DNA of 63,318 nt, filler included, from Octopus bimaculoides (Eukaryota): the NCBI RefSeq assembly GCF_001194135.2. It is 5 parts of 5 records of this genome, joined end to end, with 100 filler letters (N's around TTAATTAATTAA, not from the genome) between each part and the next. Parts side by side here need not be neighbours in the genome. Positions count along the whole stretch, not along the records: positions 1 to 26,823 come from NC_069001.1; 4 more parts are not named here. One strand, given 5' to 3'. Positions 1 through 11,667 of the stretch are shown in pieces. Position 1 is the stretch's first letter. Every line of letters starts with the position of its first letter. The notes beneath the pieces were generated by a model, which worked only from the letters and a program-made list of their open reading frames with translations, searched no databases and was not told the DNA's origin. The position numbers and the translations under genes are program-made.

Positions 1-21
1 AAAAGCTATATATTGTGACTA

Positions 22-303
22 GGTTGTTGCCAGTGCCGTTGGACTGGCTCCTGTGCAGGTGGCACATAAAAAAAAAGCATTTGAACGTGGCTGTTGCCAG
101 TACCGCCTGACTGGCCCTCGTGCTATTGGCACGTAAAAGCACCCACTACACTCTCAGAGTGATTGGCGTTAGGAAGAGCATCCAGTTGTAGAAACTATGC
201 CAGATCAGATTGGAGCCTGATGCAGCCATCTGGTTTGCCAGTCCTCAGTGAAATCCTCCAACCCATTCCAGCATGGAAAGCGGACATTAAACGATGATGA
301 TGA
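22..303 (+). mobile_element. SINE-like repeat family B (GGAAGGGCATCC motif, (GAT)n tail)
   Basis: Homologous copies at 4957-5099(-), 6739-6827(-), 6830-7007(+), 24820-25420(-), 27091-27440(-). Confidence 0.75.
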
Positions 304-818
304 GATCAGATCAGATATGTTTCAGATACATTTAGCCTGTACAAAGGCTGTATTTATTGCTGTGTGCTGCTGGGAAGAATTCCCACTTTAGGCAAAATGT
401 GTTAAAAACACCAACAGTCACTCTAAGGTGTCCTCTGTTGGAGCAGTGAATGCTGTAACCTGGGCTGGCATTGCCCCATAATCTATTCATGTTTGTATCA
501 TGGAAGTAGGGATAGCCAGGAGGCAGGTTGGCAGATAGTGACAGCATTCTAACTGAGAATGCAAAGGTGGGCTTTTAACTGAGTGTCACCCAAACATTTT
601 TTCTGACGCTCAACCAATTTTATCAATCCACCATTTTCAGTTGTAGTAGTAGTAGTTTCTTTATTTGTCACAGAGGCTATTGCAGAGCAAAATGTTAGAA
701 AAGGAGTGTCACAATAGTAGTACTAGTAGTAGTAGTACCGGTGATATTGGTACCCTCTATGATAGTGGTGGTGGTTGTAGTGATGATGACAGTAGTTTTG
801 TTAACAGTGCTACTGCTG

Positions 819-852
<34 letters not shown>

Positions 853-1955
853 AGTAGTAGTAGTCCCCCATTCCACTTCAACCAAGAGCCATATCCTCTC
901 TGAAACTTTCAGCTGTCTTTTTTTTTTTTCCTCATATATTTTTTATACTTAAAACTTTTATTTTTATTTGATGTTTCTGTTACTGGAAGCTGACTAAATC
1001 ACCATCATCATTAGTATTATCATTATCATCATCACCACCACCACCACCATTCTCGTTACTGTAACTATCAGTCATAATCAGTGTCATCATATCATTACCA
1101 TCATCATTGTTATCATCGTCATCATCATCATCATCGTGCACCACCAATGTCTGTGAAAAACCTCAGTTCCTGCTATCTTGCTTAGTAAGGAGCCTCTCTC
1201 TCTCTCTCTCTCTCTCTAGGTTTTCAGGGCCCTTTGAGACACAACCCACTCCACCACCACTGGTACTTTTTATTGGTCACCTAAGTACTTGTGTTGGTTG
1301 TCTTTGTTAAGGACTGTTAATGTTGACCCTTCCTACTTGAGAGGTCATCTTGTAAACCATGACCTCTGCTAATGACTTCTTGTCACTGCCAGAAACCCAA
1401 GGGAACTGACTCTGTATAAAGTGTGTGTGTGGGTATATAGGAGTNNNNNNNNNNNNNNNNNNNNNNNNNNNNNNNNNNNNNNNNNNNNNNNNNNNNNNNN
1501 NNNNNNNNNNNNNNNNNNNNNNNNNNNNNNNNNNNNNNNNNNNNNNNNNNNNNNNNNNNNNNNNNNNNNNNNNNNNNNNNNNNNNNNNNNNNNNNNNNNN
1601 NNNNNNNNNNNNNNNNNNNNNNNNNNNNNNNNNNNNNNNNNNNNNNNNNNNNNNNNNNNNNNNNNNNNNNNNNNNNNNNNNNNNNNNNNNNNNNNNNNNN
1701 NNNNNNNNNNNNNNNNNNNNNNNNNNNNNNNNNNNNNNNNNNNNNNNNNNNNNNNNNNNNNNNNNNNNNNNNNNNNNNNNNNNNNNNNNNNNNNNNNNNN
1801 NNNNNNNNNNNNNNNNNNNNNNNNNNATATATATCTACGTCCCTCAAAATTTACTGTGAATTATCAAACACACAAATATATATTCATTCATGTACACATT
1901 CATACATGCACACACATTTGTATTTATTCATGTGCATATACTCATACACTTGTAT

Positions 1956-2022
<67 letters not shown>

Positions 2023-2109
2023 TACTTTCACAGACACACATGCTTACATAGTCACACACACACACACACACACACTGCTCAGGTTCATACACGTATTGCA
2101 GTGGTCCTT

Positions 2110-2209
2110 CAGTTTTTCTAAGCCCTGTTAAAGAACTCGGAAGGTTGGGCCTCCAACGAGGTCTTTTGTGATACCATTAAAGTCAAGGACTTTTCAGCAC
2201 CCCCTTGTA
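2110..2209 (+). mobile_element. Mariner terminal fragment (right TIR)
   Basis: Homologous to 4810-4901; ends ...ACTTTTCAGCACCCCCTTG-TA. Confidence 0.6.
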
Positions 2210-2406
2210 TAGGATGGTCATTTACCAAATCCACCCACAAGGCATTTTTCAGCCTGGGCTAGTGTAGAAGACATTTGTCCTAGATGTTGCACAGTGGGAT
2301 TGAACTCACACAAATTTCTTTAATAAAAAGTAATTTTATTTTGTGTTTTCTTGTTGGGGTAAATTTTTTCTATCATTTTTTTTTTGTTCTTGTTTGTTAC
2401 CCTCAG

Positions 2407-2762
2407 CTCTTGTCTGAACGGTGGAACCTGCATAGATGGGGTCAACACATATAGATGTAAGTGCCTTGCAAATTACACAGGCTCCAACTGCCAAACACTG
2501 ATCAGAGCCTGTGACTCCAGCCCCTGTCAGAGTGGTGGAACCTGTCAGAATCGAAACAACTCCTACATATGTATATGTCCATATGGCATGATGGGCCCAC
2601 GTTGCTCCAAGGTTATTGACTGGTGTAAGCGACAGTCATGTCACAATGGTGCCACATGTAAACAAGAAGCTAATGAATTCAGGTGCGAATGTCAGGATGG
2701 CTGGACGGGTAAAACTTGTGATGTCCCCCTCACAACATGTGAAGTTGCTGCAAAAAGAAAAG
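2407..2762 (+). CDS. Notch: Notch exon (first visible): EGF repeats ~26-28 and start of EGF29
   Basis: ttaccctcAG acceptor; SSCLNGGTCIDGVNTYRC...VPLTTCEVAAKRK; G|gtaaga donor. Upstream exons lie outside the window or in the N gap at 1445-1826. Confidence 0.95.
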
Positions 2763-3152
2763 GTAAGACTACCTCTGTCTATGTCTCTCCCTCACCTATC
2801 ACCCTTTCTCCTTCCACTTTCTTGTTTCTTTTTATTTTCCATGTGTTGCTCCCATATGCTGTATGCCTGTCCCCGTTCTCTCTCTTCCTACTTCTTTTTC
2901 CTGCCCTCCTCACACTCAACACCTGTCCCCCTTCTTTTTATGCTTGTCTCTCCTTTCTCTCTTTCTGCATATCTCCGTGCTTTCACTTTGTCTGTTTTCT
3001 GTTTCCATATCTCTCCACTTTCTCTCTCTCTCTCTCTCTCTCCCATTCTCTTTTTCTCTGTATCTACCTACCTACCTACCTATCTGTTTGTTTGTCTCTC
3101 TCTCTCTTTGTTCATCCATGCATCTATTTCTATTCTCATTCTTTGTCTTTAG

Positions 3153-3704
3153 GTGTTTCCACAGACAAGCTGTGTGCTAACAAAGGCCGCTGCATCAACA
3201 CAAACAATGGTCACATATGCCAGTGCCCTGCAGGATTTGAAGGAAGCTACTGTATGACCGACATCGATGAATGTGCCACTGCTCCCTGCCAGAATGGTGG
3301 ATCATGCATCAACATGGTAAACCAGTACAACTGCAACTGTGCTCGTGGATTCCAAGGAAAAGACTGTGAGCTGAATGTCAACGACTGTGCAAAGAACCCT
3401 TGCCTGAACGGTGGGACGTGTCATGATTTGGTTGACGATTTTATCTGTTCATGCCCTCCAGGTACCAATGGTCAACTCTGTGAAATTGACCTGCCTGACT
3501 GCTATGAGAAAGCATGTCACAACGGTGGGACGTGCCAGGAAAAGGTCAATGGATTCTCCTGCATTTGTCCACCGGGTTTCGTTGGAAAGTTATGTGAGGG
3601 TGATGTCAACGAATGTCTTGACAGACCTTGCGATCCAGTTGGCACAAAAGACTGCATCCAGTTGGTCAATGATTTTCAATGTAAATGCAAGGAAGATTTC
3701 ACAG
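3153..3704 (+). CDS. Notch: Notch exon: EGF29 (rest) to EGF33
   Basis: tctttAG acceptor; GVSTDKLC...DIDEC...GDVNECLDRPCDPVGTKDCIQLVNDF matches recalled Notch EGF33; G|gtgaga donor. Confidence 0.96.
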
Positions 3705-3928
3705 GTGAGAAATTACGTTTTTTTCTATTTTTAAGTGAATGAATTTGTATAAAAATCACAGGAACAGTACACCCATACAGATATATATTAATAAACATAG
3801 CTATAATAATATCAATGCAGATGGTTCATAACGTTACATATATAATATAAACAATATAAATGAAAATAACACATGAAAGGGAAAACAAGACACACACACA
3901 CACACACACACACATATATGCTTATCTG

Positions 3929-4080
3929 CCAAGGTCAACTTTGCCTTTCATCCTTACAGGTCAAGAAAATAAATACCAGTTGAGTACTGGGGTTAATGTA
4001 ATCAATTCATTTCCTCCCCAAACTTGCTGGCTTTGTGCCAAAATTTGAAACCATTATTATTATTATTATTATTATTATTT
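3929..4080 (+). mobile_element. tRNA-derived SINE family A, 3' part with (ATT)n tail
   Basis: ggtcaactttgcctttcatcc...gtgccaaaatttgaaacc(att)n. Further intronic copies at 5903-5973(-) and 7663-7841(-). Confidence 0.75.
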
Positions 4081-4093
4081 TCTGTTTATTTAG

Positions 4094-4209
4094 GCAAAAC
4101 TTGTTCAACAAATGTGCCTTGTAAGAACTGTGTTACCAATCCCCAATGTTACCCTAACCAGTGCCTAAATGGGGGCATATGTATTAAAGGGATTTGCAAC
4201 TGTGAACCG
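4094..4209 (+). CDS. Notch: Notch exon: atypical EGF repeat preceded by CxxC
   Basis: tttAG acceptor; GKTCSTNVPCKNCVTNPQCYPNQCLNGGICIKGICNCEP; gtacgt donor; phases fit both neighbours. Confidence 0.9.
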
Positions 4210-4369
4210 GTACGTTGTTTTAGCTTTGTCACCATTTTGTCTCACCGTAATAACTGTTCTATTTTCTCTCTCACCATTGTTTTTATTTTTCATCAGTTAT
4301 TCAAAAATATAAACCTTACTCATCATATAAGTAACTATTATTATCATCCAGTCAGATGACTTGCCCAAG

Positions 4370-4901
4370 ACCAATGCAACTCTTGCATGCCAGACATCCC
4401 AGTTGAGCAATATGGCATAAATGTCTGGTGTGGGTTTTTTGTCACATTGGCCTTTCGTCAGCTGAAATATCTCCGCTGTGCACACCATGACAATGGATGT
4501 AGTTTGCTAACTTAACCAGATGATCCTGGATGTGGAAAATTTTTTGTCTGTTCATTTACTCAGCATCTTGTGATTTGGTCCCAGGGGACCACTTAAAACT
4601 GCCTCTGTTAGTGAAGTGGTGGAGTCCTGGTTTGAGAGTTCAAAAGTTTGTGAGGAATGTGCAACCATCTCTTAGCCACCATCATCCCCAGAGTAGTAGC
4701 ATCCGTTAAGGTTCCGGCATGGGTTATGTTCAGGAGGATCAGTTGTGATTTTATTCAACATATTCCCCTCTCAGAAAAACTTAATGACTGCTGCAATAAG
4801 TTTGTGAATTTAAGCCCTGTAAAAGAACTTGGAAGGTTGGGCCTCCAACCAAGCCTTTTGCAATACCCTTAAAGCCAGGAACTTTTCAACACACTCCTGT
4901 A
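4370..4901 (+). mobile_element. Decayed mariner 3' half in a Notch intron
   Basis: Remnants HHDNG, YS...DLVPGD and EKLND..NKFVNL (HHDNA / YSPDLAPSD / C-terminal motifs); TIR followed by TA. Confidence 0.6.
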
Positions 4902-4902
4902 C

Positions 4903-4958
<56 letters not shown>

Positions 4959-5215
4959 TGGTTTGACAGGGGCTGGCTAGACGGAAGACTGCACCAAGCT
5001 TCATTGTCTCTTTTGGCAGGGTTTTTACGGCTTGATGCCCTTCCTAACACCCACTACCTTACAGAATGGACTGAATGCTTTTTATGTGGCACCAGCACCA
5101 TAAAAATCTGAATCCTTAAAATTTTAAAAATCATATTTACAAGAACTCTTTTTCAATGTATAAGCCATTTATTTTCTGAATTAAAAAAAAAATTTTGTTG
5201 TATTTCTGAATATAG

Positions 5216-5452
5216 GGTTATTCTGGAACATTCTGTGAACACCCCAACTGTGACAAGATGACCTGTCAAAATGGAGGCACTTGCATCCTGGACAGTCGTA
5301 AGTACTTGAAATGCCTTTGTGTACCTGGTACTTCAGGCAATTACTGCCAGTTCAACAACACCGGAAAGAGCTTCAATGATACCCTTGATCAGCAGAATAA
5401 ACTGTGCAGAGACCGCAAGTGTGAGGAGAAGGCTAACAACAGGCGTTGTGAT
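5216..5452 (+). CDS. Notch: Notch exon: last EGF repeat and start of LNR1
   Basis: tatAG acceptor; GYSGTFCEHPNCDKMTCQNGGTC...LCRDRKCEEKANNRRCD; gtgagt donor; 237 nt, phase 0/0. Confidence 0.93.
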
Positions 5453-6132
5453 GTGAGTAGAAAAATCACTGCAAAATTTACAATATAGTGAGGAGAGTGT
5501 ATTTGTGTGTGTGTCCAATGTGCTTTATAACAGTGTTCTTTAGAAGTTGTTTAACCTTGTGAGTTGCAACATGATGCAAACCCCTTACTTGTTTTCAAGT
5601 AAGATTTTTATTTCACTCTGTCTTTGTATGTTGAGCTGCCAAACTGTGAGACATACAAAAGTGTCCACCACTCTTTAAGCATTGTCAATGTAATGATATG
5701 TTATGAAAAAGACACTGGTGGCTGTAGAGATAGGAAAAGAGTAAGCAGAGCAAAACTGGTGTTTCTTATCCAGTGTTCCATTGACTTGGTTGTCCTTTGC
5801 TTTTTAAAGCCAGCAGAAAGGGGAAGGAAAATATTTCACCTTTGTTAATGATAAAGTTATGGGAATGTCCTTTGTGCAATGTGTTGAAATACCATTTTAT
5901 ATTGGTTTCAAATTTTAGTGCAAGGCCAGTAATTTAAATGAATTACATCGACCCCAGTATTCAACTGGTACTTGCATTTCACCTGGTGTGGTAATGATTC
6001 TGCTAGCTTGCCGCCTTAATACCTTTTTATATAGGCACTGTTATTTACGCATGTGTATAATGTAAACATGTATATGTATTTCAATATTGATTTTTGTTTT
6101 TTCTTTATATATTTTTTTCCACACAATTGAAG

Positions 6133-6707
6133 GCTGAATGCAATTCCCATGCTTGTAAGTATGACAACATGGAATGTTCCAAAGGAATCTTCCCATTCAA
6201 GAACTGTAAGAAGCAGTCGAACGGCCGGTTCTGTTGGGACGTTTTCCAAGACAACAAATGTGACTCTGAATGTAACAATGAAGATTGTCTGTGGGATGGA
6301 TTTGACTGCAAAGACAAACAAGCTGCTTGTAACCCTGTCTATAAAGCATACTGCTCGGAAAACTATGGAAATGGTATGTGCGACAAAGGCTGTGATAATG
6401 AAGAATGTCTTTGGGATGGTCTAGACTGCGATAAGAACAAAGAAAGTTTAGCTGTCGGAACACTGGTACTCATCGTTCTTGTGCCTCCAGAGACATTTCG
6501 GAAGAGTGCCACCCAATTCATTTGGCAACTTGGTGCACTCTTACAAACCGTGGTCCGACTCAAGCGTGGCGAGGATGGGAATTATATGATTTATCCATGG
6601 TACCAAGATGAGGAGGCAAATAACAAGGTGAACTTAGTGAAACGGTACATTACTCAACTGCTCCGTACAGACCATCGACTTTCACGTAGAGCTGCAGTTG
6701 TTAGAGG
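6133..6707 (+). CDS. Notch: Notch exon: LNR1-3, HD-N (NOD) and S1 loop
   Basis: gaAG acceptor; AECNSHAC...CLWDGFDC...CLWDGLDC...GTLVLIVLVPP...MIYPW; GG|gtaagt donor. Confidence 0.95.
6676..6690 (+). other. Putative furin S1 cleavage site (RLSRR)
   Basis: RxxR/RR motif in the loop between HD-N and HD-C, the known position of S1. Confidence 0.65.
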
Positions 6708-6829
6708 GTAAGTAAAACAGTCTTTCTATAAAAAATTATCATCATCATCATTTTTTAACATCCATTTTCCATGCTGGCATGGGTTAGATTGTTTGACATG
6801 GAGCTGACCATACTCCAATTGTCTGTTGT

Positions 6830-7007
6830 AAAATACCCACTACACTCTTGGAGTGGTTGGCATTAGGAAGGGCATCCAGCTGTAGAAACATTGTCAGATC
6901 AGATTGGAGCCTGGTGCAGACTCTGGCTCGCTAGCCCTCAGTTAAACCGTCCAACCCATGCCAGCATGGAAAGCGGATGTTAAATGATGGCATTGATGAT
7001 GATGATG
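6830..7007 (+). mobile_element. SINE family B copy, inverted against the partial copy at 6739-6827
   Basis: Arms 6754-6785 and 6953-6984 are reverse complements at 30/32 nt. Confidence 0.8.
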
Positions 7008-7179
7008 ACATTAGCATGGGTGTGAATACATCTCTATAGATGCATGCCTGCATGGAATATTTCTAAATATTTTTGATGCAAAACTTTGTATCAGAAGAAA
7101 ACATTTTTATTATTTAATTAACATTAGTATTTATTTTCCTTCTTTTTGCATTCTCTACTTTCTCCTCTTCCTCCTCCAG

Positions 7180-7319
7180 GACAAAAGTGTTTGTTGAAAT
7201 TGACAATCGGAAATGTCAGGGCAGCACATGCTTCCATAACACAAGCAGGGCAGCTGAATTCATAGCAGAAAAAATGCGGCATGGTTGGAAGCCTGACTTT
7301 GATATCCACAAGATTGACA
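7180..7319 (+). CDS. Notch: Notch exon: HD-C (NODP)
   Basis: pyrimidine tract + cAG; GTKVFVEIDNRKCQGSTCF...FDIHKID; A|gtaagt donor. Confidence 0.95.
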
Positions 7320-7406
7320 GTAAGTATAAGATATATGTGTGTGTGTGTGTGTGCGTATGTGTGTCCTTTAGCAAAAGATATACAATGTATATATCTCCTG
7401 TTTCAG

Positions 7407-7629
7407 CTGAAGAAAGCACTCAAGAACCTAACACACCCTTCAAACTTGTCTACATTGTGGTTTCTTGTGTCTGTGTGTTGGGCATCATCATCCTGCTGGT
7501 GGTTGTCATGTCTCGTAAGCGTACCCGAGGTGTCACCTGGTTCCCTGAAGGATTCTTTGAAAGTATACGATCTGGCAAGGACACATCGAAACACATCCCA
7601 CGCCGTAAGCCCGATGGGGAAGAGATGAA
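7407..7629 (+). CDS. Notch: Notch exon: transmembrane domain and RAM
   Basis: tttcAG acceptor; LVYIVVSCVCVLGIIILLVVVM-SRKR...TWFPEGF; AA|gtaagt donor. Confidence 0.95.
7538..7546 (+). other. RAM CSL-binding WFP motif
   Basis: TWFP shortly after the TM stop-transfer RKR. Confidence 0.9.
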
Positions 7630-7946
7630 GTAAGTACAAATGAAGGAATTCTTCAAATATCGGTTTTAAATTTTGATACAGGACCAGCAAGTTTGGGGTA
7701 GGGTGTAAGTCAATTATATCAACCCCAGTACTCAACTGGCACTTATTAATCAACCCTGAAAGGATGAAAGGCAAAGTTGATCTCAGTGGGGTTTGAACTC
7801 AGAACATAACGATGGGCGAAATACTGCTAAACATTTTCCTGGTGTGCATACACATACTCACATATGCCTACATACAAACAACACAAACATACTCACATAT
7901 GCCTACATATATACAACACAAACATGTGTGCATGCACACACACAAC

Positions 7947-8088
7947 TGATTTCTTTCAGTTTCTATCTATCAAAACCAGTCTGGGGCTATAGTAGAAGAC
8001 ACTTACCCAAGGCACCATGCAGTGGGACTGAACCAGGAACCATGTGTTTTAGAAGTAGAGTTCTTACCACAAGGCCATGCCTGTGCCT
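7947..8088 (-). mobile_element. tRNA/CORE-like SINE family C, 5' part
   Basis: CCTTGGG.AAGTGTCTTCTACTATAGCC motif on minus. Other partial copies at 2221-2310(-), 10271-10428(-), 21167-21300(+). Confidence 0.7.
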
Positions 8089-8164
8089 AAAAACGTTCCA
8101 GATATAAATTGTTGAATTATATTTTTTACTTCTTTTTACCAATTTATTTTAAAATCACTTCCAG

Positions 8165-8306
8165 GAATCTCCCAAGAGCTTGTAATTACCCTCAGTTTGA
8201 TCCATCTCTTCTGAAACTTGATGCCAACGACAACAGATCAACTCCACAAAGTACTGACCAGTGGGACATAGATGATAATGACCACCATCAATGTAAAAGA
8301 ATCAAG
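8165..8306 (+). CDS. Notch: Notch exon: RAM linker / NLS
   Basis: ttccAG acceptor; NLPRAC...QWDIDDNDHHQCKRIK; gtaaaa donor; phase fits. Confidence 0.88.
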
Positions 8307-8779
8307 GTAAAATGACAGCTTTCAGCCAACAGGGTTTCAAATTGGACTGTGGTGACCAGAATATCAGGATAGAGGTGGGGGGAAACACAGTGGAGATAGA
8401 AGATAGATATACTTGAGGTGGTACCAAAAAAACAGGGACTGGACATTAGTGTAAATGGAAGGGCATTTGAGAATGAAGCTTGCAGGTTCAGTGGAAGAGA
8501 AGATCTAGAGAGTTATAGTCATTAAAGAATGACAATTTACTCATGATTTTACTACTTGCTTTGCTTGCACACTGGAGGGACTACTACAATTCCTTTAGAA
8601 ACAGGATATTTCTGAGCTTACCAAATTCCAATTACACACTTAATAATTTCCACCCGCTTTCTCCTCTCACTATACCTGGGAGGATTGTTGGGTAGAGTCC
8701 TTAGGCTCCTTCTTCATGGGGTCCTATCAGAAGCAACTACTGTTACATTTTCCAGTTAGATTGCCAAACACGACCAACT

Positions 8780-9030
8780 GAGACGACTATGGATATTATC
8801 TAACTATCTTGCTTGTGGTCTACCCCTAAGTCTCTTGCCAGTTGGCTTGGCTTGAAGAATCCATTTTGCAGTTCTTTACTGTGACATTTTAATCCCATGT
8901 CCATAGAGTTGTGATCTTCCAGTGCAGAGACTAGCAGCTCAACCTGGAGAGACTCCTTGATCTCCATGCCATGCACCTTGTTCAATAGTATTACTCCAGA
9001 GATCCTTTGGAAGAACCCCATTTCAGATGC
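8780..9030 (-). mobile_element. RTE-clade LINE C-terminal remnant in a Notch intron
   Basis: FFQRISGVILLNKVHGMEIKESLQVELL and GKRLRGRPQAR resemble RTE FLRRI.G...IRE.L.VE and GKRPRGRP motifs. Confidence 0.55.
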
Positions 9031-9229
9031 TTGTATTTGTGATCATACTCTTTCAATTATTACCCAACATCCATGATTTTTTTTTAATCTCTAGTTGAAT
9101 TATTTAAAAAAATATTTTTTGTTTAGTGGCAGGTGGGAGGGTTAATTATGGGAGGATTAATTATAGGTCTAATTTAGGCTTTGTTTTTACTTCTCTCATC
9201 TTTCCTTTTTCTCTATTTTTCTCCTCCAG

Positions 9230-9404
9230 TTGGATGAAATTGGTGAATCAAATGATGACAATTTGGAATTTGACCAGACAGACACACGGCAGTGGACTCA
9301 GCGACATTTCGATGCCGCTAACTTACCTAGTTCAATTCTTGCCCTGACACCTCCACGGGGAGATGATCAGCATGTCTCTAATGAAGTTGATGTCAGAGGA
9401 CCCG
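9230..9404 (+). CDS. Notch: Notch exon: pre-ANK region
   Basis: ctccAG acceptor; DTRQWTQRHFDAA...ALTPP...VDVRGP; G|gtaagt donor. Confidence 0.95.
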
Positions 9405-9894
9405 GTAAGTTAATTCAAAACACTTATTGGATTTCATTTGAATTTTTCACTTGTTATTATGCATGTATAATAAAAGTTACAAGACCAAAATTACAAATTA
9501 TTATTATTTAATCCTCTTGACAACCAACCCATCTAAGATCACACCTAGCTTTATGATACAAACTTCCCGTTTAAAAATCATCTAAATTAAAACCTTTCAT
9601 AAAAATTTCAAGTTAACTTATGTTCCAAATACCATAATGACAGTTATTTTACTGAGAAAGAAAAGGGGGGAAAATAAGAAAGCTTCTGACAATGCAGAAA
9701 GTTTTACAAAAACTCCTATTTCAGGTGCAAAGGCCCATCCTCAGAAGGAAACAGTCTGGGAAATGTCAGACGTGCTAACAATCCTTCTAGCTCACCATCT
9801 TGATAATAATAATGATTTCTTTTAATTTTTATTGAACTATTTCTTTTGAAGCTGTTTCCTTTGATATTAACTCTCCAAATATTTCTGTTCACAG

Positions 9895-10059
9895 ATGGCT
9901 TTACGCCACTCATGTTGGCATCGTTCCGAGGCCAAGGACTGGACACCGATGGAGATGATGAAATATCTGGTGAAGGCGAGTCTGAAGATAAATCAGCTGG
10001 TATCATAACAAATCTTCTCATGCAAGGAGCTGCCATTAATGCCCGCACTGACCGTACAG
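9895..10059 (+). CDS. Notch: Notch exon: ANK1
   Basis: cacAG acceptor; [13 protein letters not shown]...[15 protein letters not shown]; G|gtttgt donor. Confidence 0.96.
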
Positions 10060-10451
10060 GTTTGTAGATGTTTCACTAACCACACACACACACACACATA
10101 CACATGCGCAGAGGACTGTTAACAAACATCACTGATTATTTGGTCTACAGCATGAAATAAAGTGTCATACACAAGGAAATAATGTGCCTCTTGTAAATAG
10201 AACTCATGACCTTATTGTACACCAAATGCCCTAATCAGTAAGCCATGCACCATCACACACTCATATAGAGCAGGCTTCCGTACAATTTCCACCTGATAGT
10301 TTTATTCACAAAGCATTGGTCAGTTCAAGGCCATAGTAGAAGATGCTTGCCCAATGTGCTGCACAGTGGAACTGATCTTGAATCTACATGGTTGACAGGT
10401 AAACTTCCTAACCACACAGTCATATGCATGTTTATTATTATTATTATTGTG

Positions 10452-10491
<40 letters not shown>

Positions 10492-10499
10492 TGTTTAAG

Positions 10500-10651
10500 G
10501 TGAATCATCTTTGCATTTGGCTGCTCGTTATGCCAGAGCTGATGCAGCTAAAATCTTGTTGGAAGCTGGAGCTGATCCCAATGCCCAAGATTGTACAGGA
10601 AGGACTCCACTCCATACTTCGGTATCTGCTGACGCACAGGGTGTCTTCCAG
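10500..10651 (+). CDS. Notch: Notch exon: ANK2-3
   Basis: ttaAG acceptor; [18 protein letters not shown]...ADAQGVFQ; gtgagc donor. Confidence 0.97.
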
Positions 10652-10964
10652 GTGAGCGGAAATAAAAATTTGTATTTTCACATCATGCTGTTTGTGTCTG
10701 GATCAAACTGGTTCCAGCAGATTTATGATTAAAGGAATTCCATATTTGACAATGCTGCCTGTTATGATATTTCTAGGATTCTATTATTTTATGAAAACTC
10801 ACAGCATATTTTGCTGGGTATGCTGGAAAGTGTCAGCTGTCCCCAGCCAGCAGACTAAGGTGTCATTCATTTACTGGTCATGCTTCAAGGACCCTGCGAA
10901 GAATTCTTGCAGTTCTAAGCAATGCTGATTTTTGTACGTGTTCTACCTTCACACTTGCACCAGT

Positions 10965-11200
10965 CTTTTTCAGTCATGCTGGTAGTGAAGTGATGATACT
11001 TCCAACTGCACCAGTTACTATTGGTATCTCGTCTATTCTCTTCATTGACCACAATATTCGTATTTCCCACTTTAAATTGTCATAGTTGTTTATTTTTCTT
11101 TCTTCTTTCACATTGATTCTGTTGTCACCGAGGCATGCTATGTCAATAATCATACATGTTCTGTCTTTTTTATTCACTACAACAATGTCCAGTTTCCTGT
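10965..11200 (-). mobile_element. R4/Dong-type LINE restriction-like endonuclease (RLE) remnant in a Notch intron
   Basis: CMIIDIAC.GD.RI..KE..KI..Y..LK.EI..LW...IPIVTGAVG. Confidence 0.75.
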
Positions 11201-11519
11201 GTTTTTTAAAACTACATGGTGTAATTCAAGGCAGATTTAGCTGCTATTACTAATGGCTTCAACAACCATTAGTCACTCTCGCTCTCTCCCTCTTTGGTTT
11301 AAGCCTTTTGTTACCATATTTATTTTGAGATGCTCTGTGTTTCTTTCAATTAATTTTAAATATAACAAAGAATTTAGTACACATGGTGAAGTACTGTGTG
11401 GTACTGTGACGTTACTGCTGTAGTATGTGGGTGTACAATTGTGATGCTATTGCTAATGTATATGTTGTAGTTTGTACATAGACAATCTAAGATTTATTTA
11501 CTTTCCATGTTTTGGACAG

Positions 11520-11667
11520 ATTTTACTGAGAAACCGTTCTACAAATTTGAATGCCCGCATGAACTGTGGTACAACCCCTATGATTCTGGCTACAAGACTG
11601 GCCATCGAGAGAATGGTGGAAGACCTCATCAATGCCGACGCTGATATAAATGCTGCTGATGATTCAG
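11520..11667 (+). CDS. Notch: Notch exon: ANK4
   Basis: gacAG acceptor; [47 protein letters not shown]; G|gtatga donor. Confidence 0.97.

Noticed and set aside
4999-5103. Possible missing EGF exon (tttggcAG|GGT TTT TAC GGC..., GFYG)
   Set aside because: No cysteines, it ends in a stop, and it is part of a family B SINE.
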